A DNA stretch of 64,000 nt, taken from a virus (Duplodnaviria > Caudoviricetes). The position numbers and the translations under genes are program-made. The notes beneath the pieces are model-generated. The model worked only from the letters and a program-made list of their open reading frames with translations. It had not been told where the DNA came from and searched no databases. This document shows, piece by piece, positions 17,115-26,300 of the stretch. Position 1 is the first letter of the stretch; every line of letters begins with the position of its first letter. The stretch lies in IMG/VR virus record IMGVR_UViG_3300028914_000059, positions 116,071 through 180,070 of that record. The stretch is one strand, 5' to 3'.

Positions 17115-17739
17115 ATCCATAGACAATATAGAGCTGATTCGTAGTCATCTTTCCTTTTCTTCAGACAATGACCTGATTTACTATATCCAGATCATAGCCA
17201 GGAGAAAAGATAATCCCGGAATGAAGGGGGACAACAGGAGCCTGAAGTTTTATACTGTTGACAGCTTTGAGGCCTACGATAAAGTGGCTGAAAGCGTAAG
17301 GCGGCACTGTGAGTTTGAAAAGGCAAGGGGATATATACACCTAACCCCAAGAAGTAAAAAGAACATAGCTGTCAGGACCCTTCAAGATATCGCTAATAAT
17401 ATAGCGATAGGGCAGTTTGATGCCGTTAAGAATTCCTACTCATCCTGCCTGGGAAGATACCCTGCCCCTAGGGCGCAACGTAAATGGGTAGTAGACCTGG
17501 ACTGCCCTTCAGACGAATACCTTACTAGTATTCTCAAAATACTGTTTGAAGTGGAGCCAGTAGATCTACAGAGACTATTAATCCGAGTGCCTACTAAAAA
17601 TGGAATTCATTTGATAACAATTCCATTTAACAGACAGAGGTTCATACAGCTATGTAGGGAATCCAACACTAATATCCCGGATATACACGACAATAACCCG
17701 ACTGTCTTGTATATACCAGAAAGCATAATGGGAGAGTAG
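17107..17739 (+). CDS. possible AEP/prim-pol-fold protein
   Basis: WVVDLD and TKNGIH resemble AEP motifs I and II. Confidence 0.45.
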   Translation: MSKSIDNIELIRSHLSFSSDNDLIYYIQIIARRKDNPGMKGDNRSLKFYTVDSFEAYDKVAESVRRHCEFEKARGYIHLTPRSKKNIAVRTLQDIANNIAIGQFDAVKNSYSSCLGRYPAPRAQRKWVVDLDCPSDEYLTSILKILFEVEPVDLQRLLIRVPTKNGIHLITIPFNRQRFIQLCRESNTNIPDIHDNNPTVLYIPESIMGE

Positions 17740-17741
17740 CT

Positions 17742-18512
17742 ATGCCACAAAAATTCGTCATAGTTCCAGATGTCCATGGCGAGGACTTCTGGGAAGAAGC
17801 CATTGATTTAGTCGCCACTAAACATTACAAGGCTATTTTTCTGGGAGATTATTTTGACAGCTATAATAAGCTTCCACGCGAGAAGGAGCTGAAGAACTTT
17901 CAGGAAATCCTGGATTTCAAGGAAGCTGACCCTGACAAAGTAGCCCTGCTTCTGGGGAACCATGATCTGGCCTATATGCTTCTGAAAGGGTGCTCTCGTC
18001 AGGCTACCGATTCAGATTTTATATCTATTAACAATATCCTTTGGGATAACATCGAGAAGCTGGCTTTGACCTGTAAAATCAAAGTTAATCATGTTGATGG
18101 TAGTTCTCAGAAGGTTCTATGTTCTCACGCCGGGATTACAGACGCCTGGTTAAACTGGATAATCCACACCCTCAACTGGGAGATGGATGAGGAGGACCTG
18201 TTCCATGCCATAACGTCAGGTATGCTGGACCTGATGCTTTTAAGGTCCAGAAGTTCTGACAGAAACAGGGGGCGGCTTGCTACTGTTTTATGGCAGGTTT
18301 CTTCTCTCAGAGGCGGGGACAGTGTCGGTTCACTTATATGGGCAGACAGACATGAGTGGCCTAAGTATGCTCCTGGCAGGGCCGGATGTAAATCCGCTGC
18401 TAAGCGAGGGGTTTATCAATTCGTGGGGCATAGCAGGTGCGGAGTCTGTAAGTTCACAGACGATGTATTCTGCTTCGATGCTCCGGTGAACAAGATACAA
18501 CTTGTAGATTAA
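17742..18512 (+). CDS. calcineurin-like metallophosphoesterase
   Basis: DVHG, GDYFD, GNHD, SHAG, GHS motifs. Confidence 0.9.
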   Translation: MPQKFVIVPDVHGEDFWEEAIDLVATKHYKAIFLGDYFDSYNKLPREKELKNFQEILDFKEADPDKVALLLGNHDLAYMLLKGCSRQATDSDFISINNILWDNIEKLALTCKIKVNHVDGSSQKVLCSHAGITDAWLNWIIHTLNWEMDEEDLFHAITSGMLDLMLLRSRSSDRNRGRLATVLWQVSSLRGGDSVGSLIWADRHEWPKYAPGRAGCKSAAKRGVYQFVGHSRCGVCKFTDDVFCFDAPVNKIQLVD

Positions 18513-18690
18513 AAATAATACAGCTATCAGATGACAAATCTGGTAGCTGTATTTTCTTTAATTAAGGAGGCAAACAAATACTATTATTTATATAGCATTT
18601 TTGGGGATAGATCGTCAAGTAAATTATCGAGGGGTAATAGGTATAAGTATAGTAGACTAAGGAAAATTAAATGAAAGGAGGACCTATACA

Positions 18691-19227
18691 ATGTATAACG
18701 GTCCAGTTAGTTACAACGAATCAGTGTCTCCAGCACAGGTAGCAGGTACCGGTGCTGCTCTCGGCTTTGGAATATTCACTTCCAAGCTAGCAATAGATGG
18801 AGTTAAATCCCTAGTAAGCAACGCTTGTCAGGCCTCTCCAGTTGTTATCGAACCTTCTGCTATGGATCAGGTCGTAGAGACCTGTTCGAAAGCAGTGCCA
18901 GTAGTTACTGTTATGGTGGCAGGCGTAACTCTGACCGCCGCTGCAGGTAAGGCTATAAAAGCAGGCTGGGAATGCACCAAGTCTGCAGGCATCTGGGCCT
19001 GCGATTTGGCAACTGGGTGCTTCAAGAAAGCCACTGGTTGGTTTACTAAGAAGCCTTCTACCCCAGCTCCAGCAGCAGCTCCCGTAGCATCTACCCCAGC
19101 TCCAGCAGCATCTACCCCAGCTCCAGCAGCAGCTCCCGTAGCATCTACCCCAGCTCCAGCAGCAGCTCCCGTAGCATCTACCCTAGCTCCAGCAGCATCT
19201 ACCCCAGCTCCAGTTCAAAAAAACTGA
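18691..19227 (+). CDS. membrane-like protein with Ala/Pro-rich repeat tail
   Basis: hydrophobic segments; STPAPAAAPVA repeats. Confidence 0.8.
   Translation: MYNGPVSYNESVSPAQVAGTGAALGFGIFTSKLAIDGVKSLVSNACQASPVVIEPSAMDQVVETCSKAVPVVTVMVAGVTLTAAAGKAIKAGWECTKSAGIWACDLATGCFKKATGWFTKKPSTPAPAAAPVASTPAPAASTPAPAAAPVASTPAPAAAPVASTLAPAASTPAPVQKN
19057..19213 (+). repeat. in-frame tandem repeats (33- and 21-bp units)
   Basis: six TCTACCC(C/T)AGCTCCAG units. Confidence 0.9.
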
Positions 19228-19333
19228 AAAAAGCAGCCTATCGTGGCCGTAAAAAACACGGTTTCTGATAAGGTTGCTTTTTAAGAAATAACCCAGGATC
19301 TCTACAATCCTGGGTTATTTTTTTATTTATATA

Positions 19334-20230
19334 TTAATAAGAGACTAGATTACCTAGGTTTCGTATACCCTGTTCGGAGTATTCTCTAGCCTGGTTTACT
19401 GAATCATTAATATAACGTAGTGGTAAGGAAGTGTGCTGTTCCAGATTATTCGACAAACTTCCTACAGTACTTAACCAGTTGCCCATTTCATTTTGTATAT
19501 TGTTCAGATTGTTGTAGTGGCCTTTAGCATCACTATAAGCTTGACTACCCATCTGGTTTATCTGTCTAAAAGCGTCCTCGGCATTGGCCTTCGTTTTTTC
19601 TTTTATTCTAGCATTCTGTCCTACACCAAATAACTTGCCAAAGAAGTTTTGATTTTTATTTGCATCAGCATAACCTTGCTGATTGGTGGCCATCCTTTGC
19701 TTTTGAACATCCATTTGGCCTTTTACTTTTTGGTATTGTTGATCAGCCTGAGTTCTAACATCTCGCATCCTATTTATAATATTCATCGCCTGCTGGTCTT
19801 TTTTATGCACCCCAACTGTTTGTTTAGCTATTTGACCCATATACGGAGCAGTAGCACCGATAGCTCCTGCCCCGGCACCGCCAACAGCACCTACTCCAGC
19901 ACCTATTGCGCCTCCCATGGCGCCCTGGCCAGCCATATTCTTAGCATACTGACCAAAAGAGGCATTTCTCCACCCACCAGCCTGCTGCGCAGTCTGCCGT
20001 GCTCCTCGGATCATTCCGGCTGCAGCACCAATTCCTGCACCTACACCGGTTCCCATTTTACCACCTTTAAGAGCCCAATCTTTTGTCTTTTGAACCATCT
20101 CAGGTGTAAATGGATTGCGTTGTCTAACGTAATTAAATGCTGATGCCCAACTGGCGGGTGCAGCAGCACCTTGTTTAACCATACTTATCACTATGGCATC
20201 AGCCATTTTATCTATTAATTGATCATCCAT
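19334..20230 (-). CDS. glycine-zipper KxA-family protein
   Basis: IDKMADAI...KQG leader; GTGVGAGIGAAAG and GAMGGAIGAGVGAVGG; coiled coil. Confidence 0.85.
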   Translation of the reverse strand: MDDQLIDKMADAIVISMVKQGAAAPASWASAFNYVRQRNPFTPEMVQKTKDWALKGGKMGTGVGAGIGAAAGMIRGARQTAQQAGGWRNASFGQYAKNMAGQGAMGGAIGAGVGAVGGAGAGAIGATAPYMGQIAKQTVGVHKKDQQAMNIINRMRDVRTQADQQYQKVKGQMDVQKQRMATNQQGYADANKNQNFFGKLFGVGQNARIKEKTKANAEDAFRQINQMGSQAYSDAKGHYNNLNNIQNEMGNWLSTVGSLSNNLEQHTSLPLRYINDSVNQAREYSEQGIRNLGNLVSY

Positions 20231-20244
20231 TTGTCTAATCCTGA

Positions 20245-20538
20245 TTATTTGATGTGATTTGTCCAGTTCTTAAGCACATTTAATATAGCTAAAGGAGTAC
20301 TGATAACCCCAGGTGCAAGCATAGCAACACTGCCAGCAATATTAGCCAGTGCTTTTGGAAGAGGTTTTTGTATAGCTTTTCCAGCAAAAGAACCCATGCC
20401 GTCTTTAAGTACGCTGTCCCTGACACCTTTAAACATAGCTGGAACGGACTGGGCAGAGACATTCATAGCGTCATTTAGCATCCCTGGTGGTAAATTTGGA
20501 ATGTTGCTCCCACCAATATAAATACTTTGTTTTTTCAT
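20245..20538 (-). CDS. small hydrophobic protein
   Basis: in operon; hydrophobic C-terminus. Confidence 0.7.
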   Translation of the reverse strand: MKKQSIYIGGSNIPNLPPGMLNDAMNVSAQSVPAMFKGVRDSVLKDGMGSFAGKAIQKPLPKALANIAGSVAMLAPGVISTPLAILNVLKNWTNHIK

Positions 20539-20595
20539 TGCTATTCTCTCAATATAAAAATGGCGTGACTTCACTGAGTCACGCCTGGCTTAATC

Positions 20596-21183
20596 TTAAT
20601 TATCTCTGTTAAGTAGGGCATTCAGGCCAAGACCACCAGCCAGACCCATACCAGCACCACCCAAGCCAGCATAGAATCTTGGATCATTATATATCTGCTG
20701 ACCTAAAGCTTTAGCCTTAGCTGCACCAGCATCTATATAGGAGCCAAGATTGTTAATTCCGGCTTCTGCATATGGCTGAGCAGCAGCAGCAACTTGATCT
20801 ATACCTGCTTTTCCTTTACCAAGTACTTTTTTTATGACATCTGCAGCACCGGCTTGTTTAATAAGTTTCAAAAGCTTCTTTTGAGCAGCCTTTTTAACGA
20901 GGTCCTGTTTAGCGGCTGCCTGTTTAGCTGCTGCTTGCTTAGCTGCAGCATTCTTATTGGCTTCGGCTTGTTTAATGATATTTAAGAGCTTTTGTTGAGC
21001 AGCTTGTTTAATTAAAGCTTGATTAGATTCCATTTCTACCTGCTGAGCTTTTGCAAGTTCTGCTTGTTTTTCCTGCTGTTCCTGTATTTCAGCAGCAGCA
21101 GCTAGTTGAGCCTGATATTCCTGAAGTTGAGCTAGTTTAATTATTATTCTATCAGCGACAGCATCGGCTAATTTAGTAAACAT
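20596..21183 (-). CDS. KQA-repeat protein
   Basis: MFTKLADAVA leader, many KQA motifs, C-terminal Gly-rich segment ending RDN. Confidence 0.85.
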   Translation of the reverse strand: MFTKLADAVADRIIIKLAQLQEYQAQLAAAAEIQEQQEKQAELAKAQQVEMESNQALIKQAAQQKLLNIIKQAEANKNAAAKQAAAKQAAAKQDLVKKAAQKKLLKLIKQAGAADVIKKVLGKGKAGIDQVAAAAQPYAEAGINNLGSYIDAGAAKAKALGQQIYNDPRFYAGLGGAGMGLAGGLGLNALLNRDN

Positions 21184-21257
21184 AGTTGGAGATCTCCTTA
21201 ATATTAAAAATTCCAGACGCTATATAATATACTACATTGTAATTATAGCGTCAATGC

Positions 21258-22034
21258 TTAATTATCGTTATTAAGCCTGTTATATAAGCCATAGCCACCC
21301 AAGCCTAAACCTGTAGCGGCTCCAGCACCTATTAAAGCGTTTTTATGCTGTGATACAAATGGGTTTATGGTGTTTATTCTATAGTTATTAATCCCCTGTC
21401 CAAGCTGATTTAATTTGTCTTTAGCCATATTATATGCCTGAGAACCCAGCTGGCCTAGACCTTCACCTGCACCAAGAACCAGGTCACGCCCGAATTGTCT
21501 CCCGTTTATACTGTTAGAGATGTTTTGAAGCTGTGCATTTATGGCATCTGCTGAAGTCTGTAAATTACCGCCAAGACCTTTAATCTGCTGCACAATATTT
21601 TTAGCTGGTGCTTCAGCTAACTCCACTGCTTTCTGATGCGCCAGGTTGGCAGCTCTTCTTTTTAAATAATATTTAAGACCTTTATATCCACCATATAGAC
21701 CTGCAGCAGCAGCAGCTCCGCCGCCAATCTTACCACCATGGGCTTTAAGAAATGGGTTGATAGTATTATTCCAGGCATTCTGGCCCATTTCTCCAATACC
21801 AGCCCCCACCCCTTTAGCTAGACTCTTACCAAAGTCTCCTGCGAAGCCTAAGGCGTCCTTAGTTAAATTTTTTGCTAGATTCTGTCCCTGTGCAGTTATA
21901 TTCTCCGGGCTAAGAAAATTCACTAGTTTAGCCAGATACCCTTGCAGTTCTGGTATAGCATCAGCTGCAGCTTTGCTTCCATGTTTTATATCGAATAAAA
22001 CACCACCACATTTTTCTCTGAATGGATTGCTCAT
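21258..22034 (-). CDS. Gly/Ala-rich protein with internal duplication
   Basis: GGGAGG RBS; NTINPF...GAAA..G..GGY.G occurs twice; ends NDN. Confidence 0.85.
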   Translation of the reverse strand: MSNPFREKCGGVLFDIKHGSKAAADAIPELQGYLAKLVNFLSPENITAQGQNLAKNLTKDALGFAGDFGKSLAKGVGAGIGEMGQNAWNNTINPFLKAHGGKIGGGAAAAAGLYGGYKGLKYYLKRRAANLAHQKAVELAEAPAKNIVQQIKGLGGNLQTSADAINAQLQNISNSINGRQFGRDLVLGAGEGLGQLGSQAYNMAKDKLNQLGQGINNYRINTINPFVSQHKNALIGAGAATGLGLGGYGLYNRLNNDN

Positions 22035-22035
22035 A

Positions 22036-22893
22036 TTAGTATCCCTCCCGGCTTTTTCTATAATTATCATACGCAAGAGCGCCAATTCCGGCACTACCTA
22101 ATCCTATAGTACCAACAGTGAGGGCTTTTTCCCAGTCACTCATTTTACCAACCAGACTGGTTGCTTTATCGGCCAGAGTAGCTTTCATTTCAGCGGGGCT
22201 TATCCAAGAGGGATCTATAGATTTACGTATGGATTCATAAGCTTTCGTTCCGTAGTTTTTGACTCCGCGCATAACTTCTCCTGGATTCAGGCCAGCGGCA
22301 ACAGCTGCAGGCACTAAGCTTAAAGCAATAGCTTTTGCACCTAGACCTCTAGCAAATGATCTACCTTCATTAAAACCAGGGGATCCTGCAGTCTTAGTCC
22401 AGCTGCCATATTTTGGGTAGTACTGATAGTTATAGCTGTACTGACTGTTATCGTTTTGTTTATATTTATTATATAAACCCATACCTAAAGCACCGGCACC
22501 CAAGCCGCCGAGAGACAGGAGAGCACCCTGTTGCATAGGATTGAGATTGCCAAATAAAGTTTTAACCGGAGCAGCTGCTGGCTTACTTAAAGCCTGATGC
22601 AGCAGGATACCCCCAGTTATAGCTGCAGCGGGGCCGCCATACTTTGTAGCATCTTTAAACCCTTGAATCATGCCGGCTCCACCGCCTGGCTTACCCAAGG
22701 TATTTATAGCTTTAGCCCCAGCTTGAAATGGTGCAGTAATTGCTTTTTTTAATAGTCCAGGGCCATATCCCAAAGCAGTTAATAAGGCTCCCATGCCTAA
22801 CATTCCTGCTCCTGCCGTCCCGGCAACTACTTTCCCATACCCTGCGGTTTTCATAAATTCTCCGCTTTCAAATGGGTTATTATAGTAAGACAT
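22036..22893 (-). CDS. Gly-rich multi-hydrophobic-segment protein with two KTAG motifs
   Basis: FMKTAG and WTKTAG. Confidence 0.85.
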   Translation of the reverse strand: MSYYNNPFESGEFMKTAGYGKVVAGTAGAGMLGMGALLTALGYGPGLLKKAITAPFQAGAKAINTLGKPGGGAGMIQGFKDATKYGGPAAAITGGILLHQALSKPAAAPVKTLFGNLNPMQQGALLSLGGLGAGALGMGLYNKYKQNDNSQYSYNYQYYPKYGSWTKTAGSPGFNEGRSFARGLGAKAIALSLVPAAVAAGLNPGEVMRGVKNYGTKAYESIRKSIDPSWISPAEMKATLADKATSLVGKMSDWEKALTVGTIGLGSAGIGALAYDNYRKSREGY

Positions 22894-23030
22894 AATTGCA
22901 ATTATCCTTAATTATAAAATTGGAATTCCTGTATGTAATATAACATTTTAGGTGCTTGATGTCCATAGGGTATAAGTTCCTTGATAACTCGAGCACTATT
23001 GCTCATTAAATTCCAAGGAGGTAAAATATT

Positions 23031-23942
23031 ATGGATTTAGGTCCAGCAGAAGTCCAGTCTGTTCCCGGTAAACTTGTCCGGGACTTGAATTTTACAGAAT
23101 ATGATGTATATGATTCTGTGGAGCTTGTCGGCACTATAGTGGCTGTTGACAAGTCGTTTGACGGGATATCCAGGTCAGCGTGCCAGGAGGTAGCCACAAG
23201 GAAGTACTACCCTGTAGTATTGGAAACTATTACTACTAGTCAGCGGGCTAACTGGCCTGACCAGGAAGGTGTCGTAGTAATGATTCCGGAGAACCTGTTC
23301 GACGATGAAAAGCTTATTAATCCAAAAGCCACTGTACATGTCTGTGGCTATCTGGTTCCTAGTTCTTTGTTCTGTTTAAGCTGCAGATCAGTTATAGGAA
23401 TAAACAGGGCTGTACATCATAACTTTGAAGGGATGAGAACCATAGATTATACGGTAGTTGTAGTAGCAACCAGAGTAGATATTGTCAGTGAGGAATCTAT
23501 TGCACCAGACGAGTGTGATTCCATGGTGGTCCTGAAAGGCTATATAGGTATGCATGAAGATTCCTACTATGCTCCCACTGAAGAAAATAAACGGGAGAAG
23601 AGTTTCTTCGGCCGCCCGAATTTTCCATTGACCTTTAAGTTTATGTCTTGCACAGGTATTCCAGACATAGATTACAGGTTTAAGAAATCGGCCGAACATA
23701 CTGAATATAATCCTAAGATCTGGTCAGCAACGGTGTTAACATCAGCGGTTGGTAATCTGGGATATGCTATTAAGACATTGCCGGTTGGCACAGAAGTAGT
23801 GATTGGTGGCAGGCTGATGCCAACCTTTAATAGGACGAGTTTTAACCCGTCATACTTTCCGGCCGTAAGAAATGAGCCACGTATAGAAGGCGCACTGGGT
23901 ATTCTAGTATATAGTATAGATATAATAGGAGATGTTAAATGA
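23031..23942 (+). CDS. possible tandem OB-fold (SSB-like) protein
   Basis: two repeats of V.L.G.I ... V.(V/I).G.L. Confidence 0.45.
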   Translation: MDLGPAEVQSVPGKLVRDLNFTEYDVYDSVELVGTIVAVDKSFDGISRSACQEVATRKYYPVVLETITTSQRANWPDQEGVVVMIPENLFDDEKLINPKATVHVCGYLVPSSLFCLSCRSVIGINRAVHHNFEGMRTIDYTVVVVATRVDIVSEESIAPDECDSMVVLKGYIGMHEDSYYAPTEENKREKSFFGRPNFPLTFKFMSCTGIPDIDYRFKKSAEHTEYNPKIWSATVLTSAVGNLGYAIKTLPVGTEVVIGGRLMPTFNRTSFNPSYFPAVRNEPRIEGALGILVYSIDIIGDVK

Positions 23943-24496
23943 TTAAAACACGCCAGGATTTATTAAATTTTCTCAAAGAAAACAACAAACTGGTTCCAGT
24001 AACTATGGTTATCTTCATTGAAGATATGCTTCAAAGTGCTAAGGAATTTACGAAAATCCTTCTGTCTAAGATGGATATGCCCGAGGATCTTCACGATGAA
24101 ACCAAAAAGAGCATTCTTATAGAAGCTCTTCGTGGCCATTATCAGAGTCTTCTGGTAAACCTGGCTGTCGTGCTTGAGTTGCCTGAAGACGATCTGGATA
24201 TGGAAGTAAATCCGGAAGTAGGATTTACTGAAGAAGGTATCAGTCTTAACCAGGGCTTGCCCGATTGGGTATTTCTCTTCATCAGCGGTTATGTATCTTT
24301 CCAGGAATGTGAAAACAGTAACAAAGTAGCTGGTATAGTCAGCGAAGAAAAGGGACGGATAATCACCGAAAGGATAGAGGCTATCCAGAAACGTCAAAGG
24401 GAACTGATTGAAACCCTCATAGAAAAATTAGACAACAAGCAGAAGCTTCTTAAGGAAGTTTTCACAGGCCTGGGTGGAGGCACAACCATAAACTGA
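23939..24496 (+). CDS. helical hypothetical protein, paralog of next gene
   Basis: MI.T...L.N.LK start and LP.W motif shared. Confidence 0.8.
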   Translation: MIKTRQDLLNFLKENNKLVPVTMVIFIEDMLQSAKEFTKILLSKMDMPEDLHDETKKSILIEALRGHYQSLLVNLAVVLELPEDDLDMEVNPEVGFTEEGISLNQGLPDWVFLFISGYVSFQECENSNKVAGIVSEEKGRIITERIEAIQKRQRELIETLIEKLDNKQKLLKEVFTGLGGGTTIN

Positions 24497-25035
24497 TGAT
24501 AAGAACCGAGAAACAACTGTTCAATGAATTAAAGGGCAAATGGCTCAGCAAATATCATCTTGACCAGATAAATTCTCTGATGCTCAGCTTTAACAGTCAG
24601 TATGACAAGTACCGGCATAAGATATTTCAGTGTGCTGATGATAGAGAGCGTGAAGCTATCCGCAGGGAATTTGACGGGCTACGTCAGGCTCTTATCGGTT
24701 ACACACTTCGTGTATTCAGAATAGAGCCTGACAGGATAGACCAGGGTGAAGTAAAGATAGAGCTTGAAACAGATGGGAATTACTATCTGACGTATAGATT
24801 ACCACAATGGTATCGAGCGCTTAACTTTGCTGTCTGTAACCTTGTTGAGCCAGATGGTACTACTCTTTCCTCTATGGAAGACCAGTTTCAGGATATGATG
24901 CTGGATACTATAAAGGAAATAACGGACACTGCCGGTGGGGACGACATGACCCCCCGTAGTGTCAGGGAACTGCGTGGTGCGTTGTATCTTAGAAAAGGTA
25001 TGACGAAACTCGTAGCTAAAAAAGTTAATAAATGA
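24496..25035 (+). CDS. helical hypothetical protein
   Basis: TGATG coupling; same motifs as 23939-24496. Confidence 0.8.
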   Translation: MIRTEKQLFNELKGKWLSKYHLDQINSLMLSFNSQYDKYRHKIFQCADDREREAIRREFDGLRQALIGYTLRVFRIEPDRIDQGEVKIELETDGNYYLTYRLPQWYRALNFAVCNLVEPDGTTLSSMEDQFQDMMLDTIKEITDTAGGDDMTPRSVRELRGALYLRKGMTKLVAKKVNK

Positions 25036-25111
25036 AATATGCGGGATATTATTGTAACATAATATCCCGCTAATTTTAATCCTTAAGATTTCAAGAAGGA
25101 GGACTATAAGA

Positions 25112-25693
25112 ATGTCAGAAAATAAATGTGATCCTGTTGGGATGTCTAAGTGTTCATCTTCACATGCATCTGCTTGGGGTAGATATTTAGACATGTTAAA
25201 GGATGACTTTTTGCTGAGTTTCACAGTGTTGTCTACACAAGTAGACAACAAGAATAATGACTACTGGTTCACGGAACTTCCAGAGGGTGTACAGGCAAAG
25301 TTGGTTCCGGCTTTAAATAATGTATTACTTGGTTTGTATGACTACTCGGTTGTGCACTCCACTCCTGAGCAATTACCCACTGCCATTGGAAACTTATTGT
25401 ATTTAGCTCAGCTGGATCCTGAATTTATAAGTATATCAGGGCTAACTGCAGCTATAAAAAAATTTATTAAAAAGGTAGTGGCTCCATATTTGTTTGGAGA
25501 CAAAAAAATTAATATTGCGCGGTGTAAAGAGTGTGGGCAGCTATTTGCACAAAAAAGGGTTAATCAGGTATTTTGCTGTACCAAGTGCAATAATAACTAT
25601 AAAGGTAAAGTTTACAGAGAAAAGCATTTGAGAGTTAAAAGAAAGGAGCATGAACATGACCAAAAGAGCTCTGCCATTATCACCAATAACTAA
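25112..25693 (+). CDS. C-terminal CGNR-like Zn-finger protein
   Basis: CKECGQLF...FCCTKC followed by basic helix. Confidence 0.7.
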   Translation: MSENKCDPVGMSKCSSSHASAWGRYLDMLKDDFLLSFTVLSTQVDNKNNDYWFTELPEGVQAKLVPALNNVLLGLYDYSVVHSTPEQLPTAIGNLLYLAQLDPEFISISGLTAAIKKFIKKVVAPYLFGDKKINIARCKECGQLFAQKRVNQVFCCTKCNNNYKGKVYREKHLRVKRKEHEHDQKSSAIITNN

Positions 25694-26189
25694 ACTTATG
25701 CATAAATATTTGGACACAAGCACATTGAGCTTGATGGCTCTTTCTGCTGTGCGATGTAATGCTACGAGTGAGTTGTCCGTATTAACTTTGAAAGATATAG
25801 CGACAGATATAGGCTTACATGTAAAAAATTCTGATATATCTCAAATCGCCAAGTATGTGTCTATGCTGTTGGCCAGGCTGGCCAGCTATCAGTGTGACCC
25901 ATCATCAACTAATAGCTCTGTACTGCTTCTAGCTATGAATGCCTTTACTGGGGAGGGTATGAATAGACATGACTGTAGTGATAAGAATAAATTTATCAGA
26001 GGCTTCCTTATCTATATCTACCCTTATGTTTTAGGAGAAAAAGAGTTATTTGTAGGCAAGTGTTTACACTGTGGGAAAATGTTTTATAAAGGTAGCAAAA
26101 ATAAAACTTTCTGCAGCGATTCCTGCGCAAGTGTACTTAGAGGTAGAAAATACAGGGAGAGAAAAAGAGCATTAGAGGCTACTGTATAA
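25650..26189 (+). CDS. C-terminal CGNR-like Zn-finger protein (paralog)
   Basis: CLHCGKMF...FCSDSC followed by basic helix. Confidence 0.7.
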   Translation: MNMTKRALPLSPITKLMHKYLDTSTLSLMALSAVRCNATSELSVLTLKDIATDIGLHVKNSDISQIAKYVSMLLARLASYQCDPSSTNSSVLLLAMNAFTGEGMNRHDCSDKNKFIRGFLIYIYPYVLGEKELFVGKCLHCGKMFYKGSKNKTFCSDSCASVLRGRKYRERKRALEATV

Positions 26190-26300
26190 AACAGGTTGAA
26201 ATTCAGGCCAGACGCTTACCGCACTGGCCTGATAAATTTGATAAAGCTGGGAATTTGTGATATTATACTCCCGGCTTTATTTTACATAGAAAGGTGCAAT

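Noticed and set aside
19057-19213. CRISPR array
   Set aside because: In-frame coding repeats with no unique spacers
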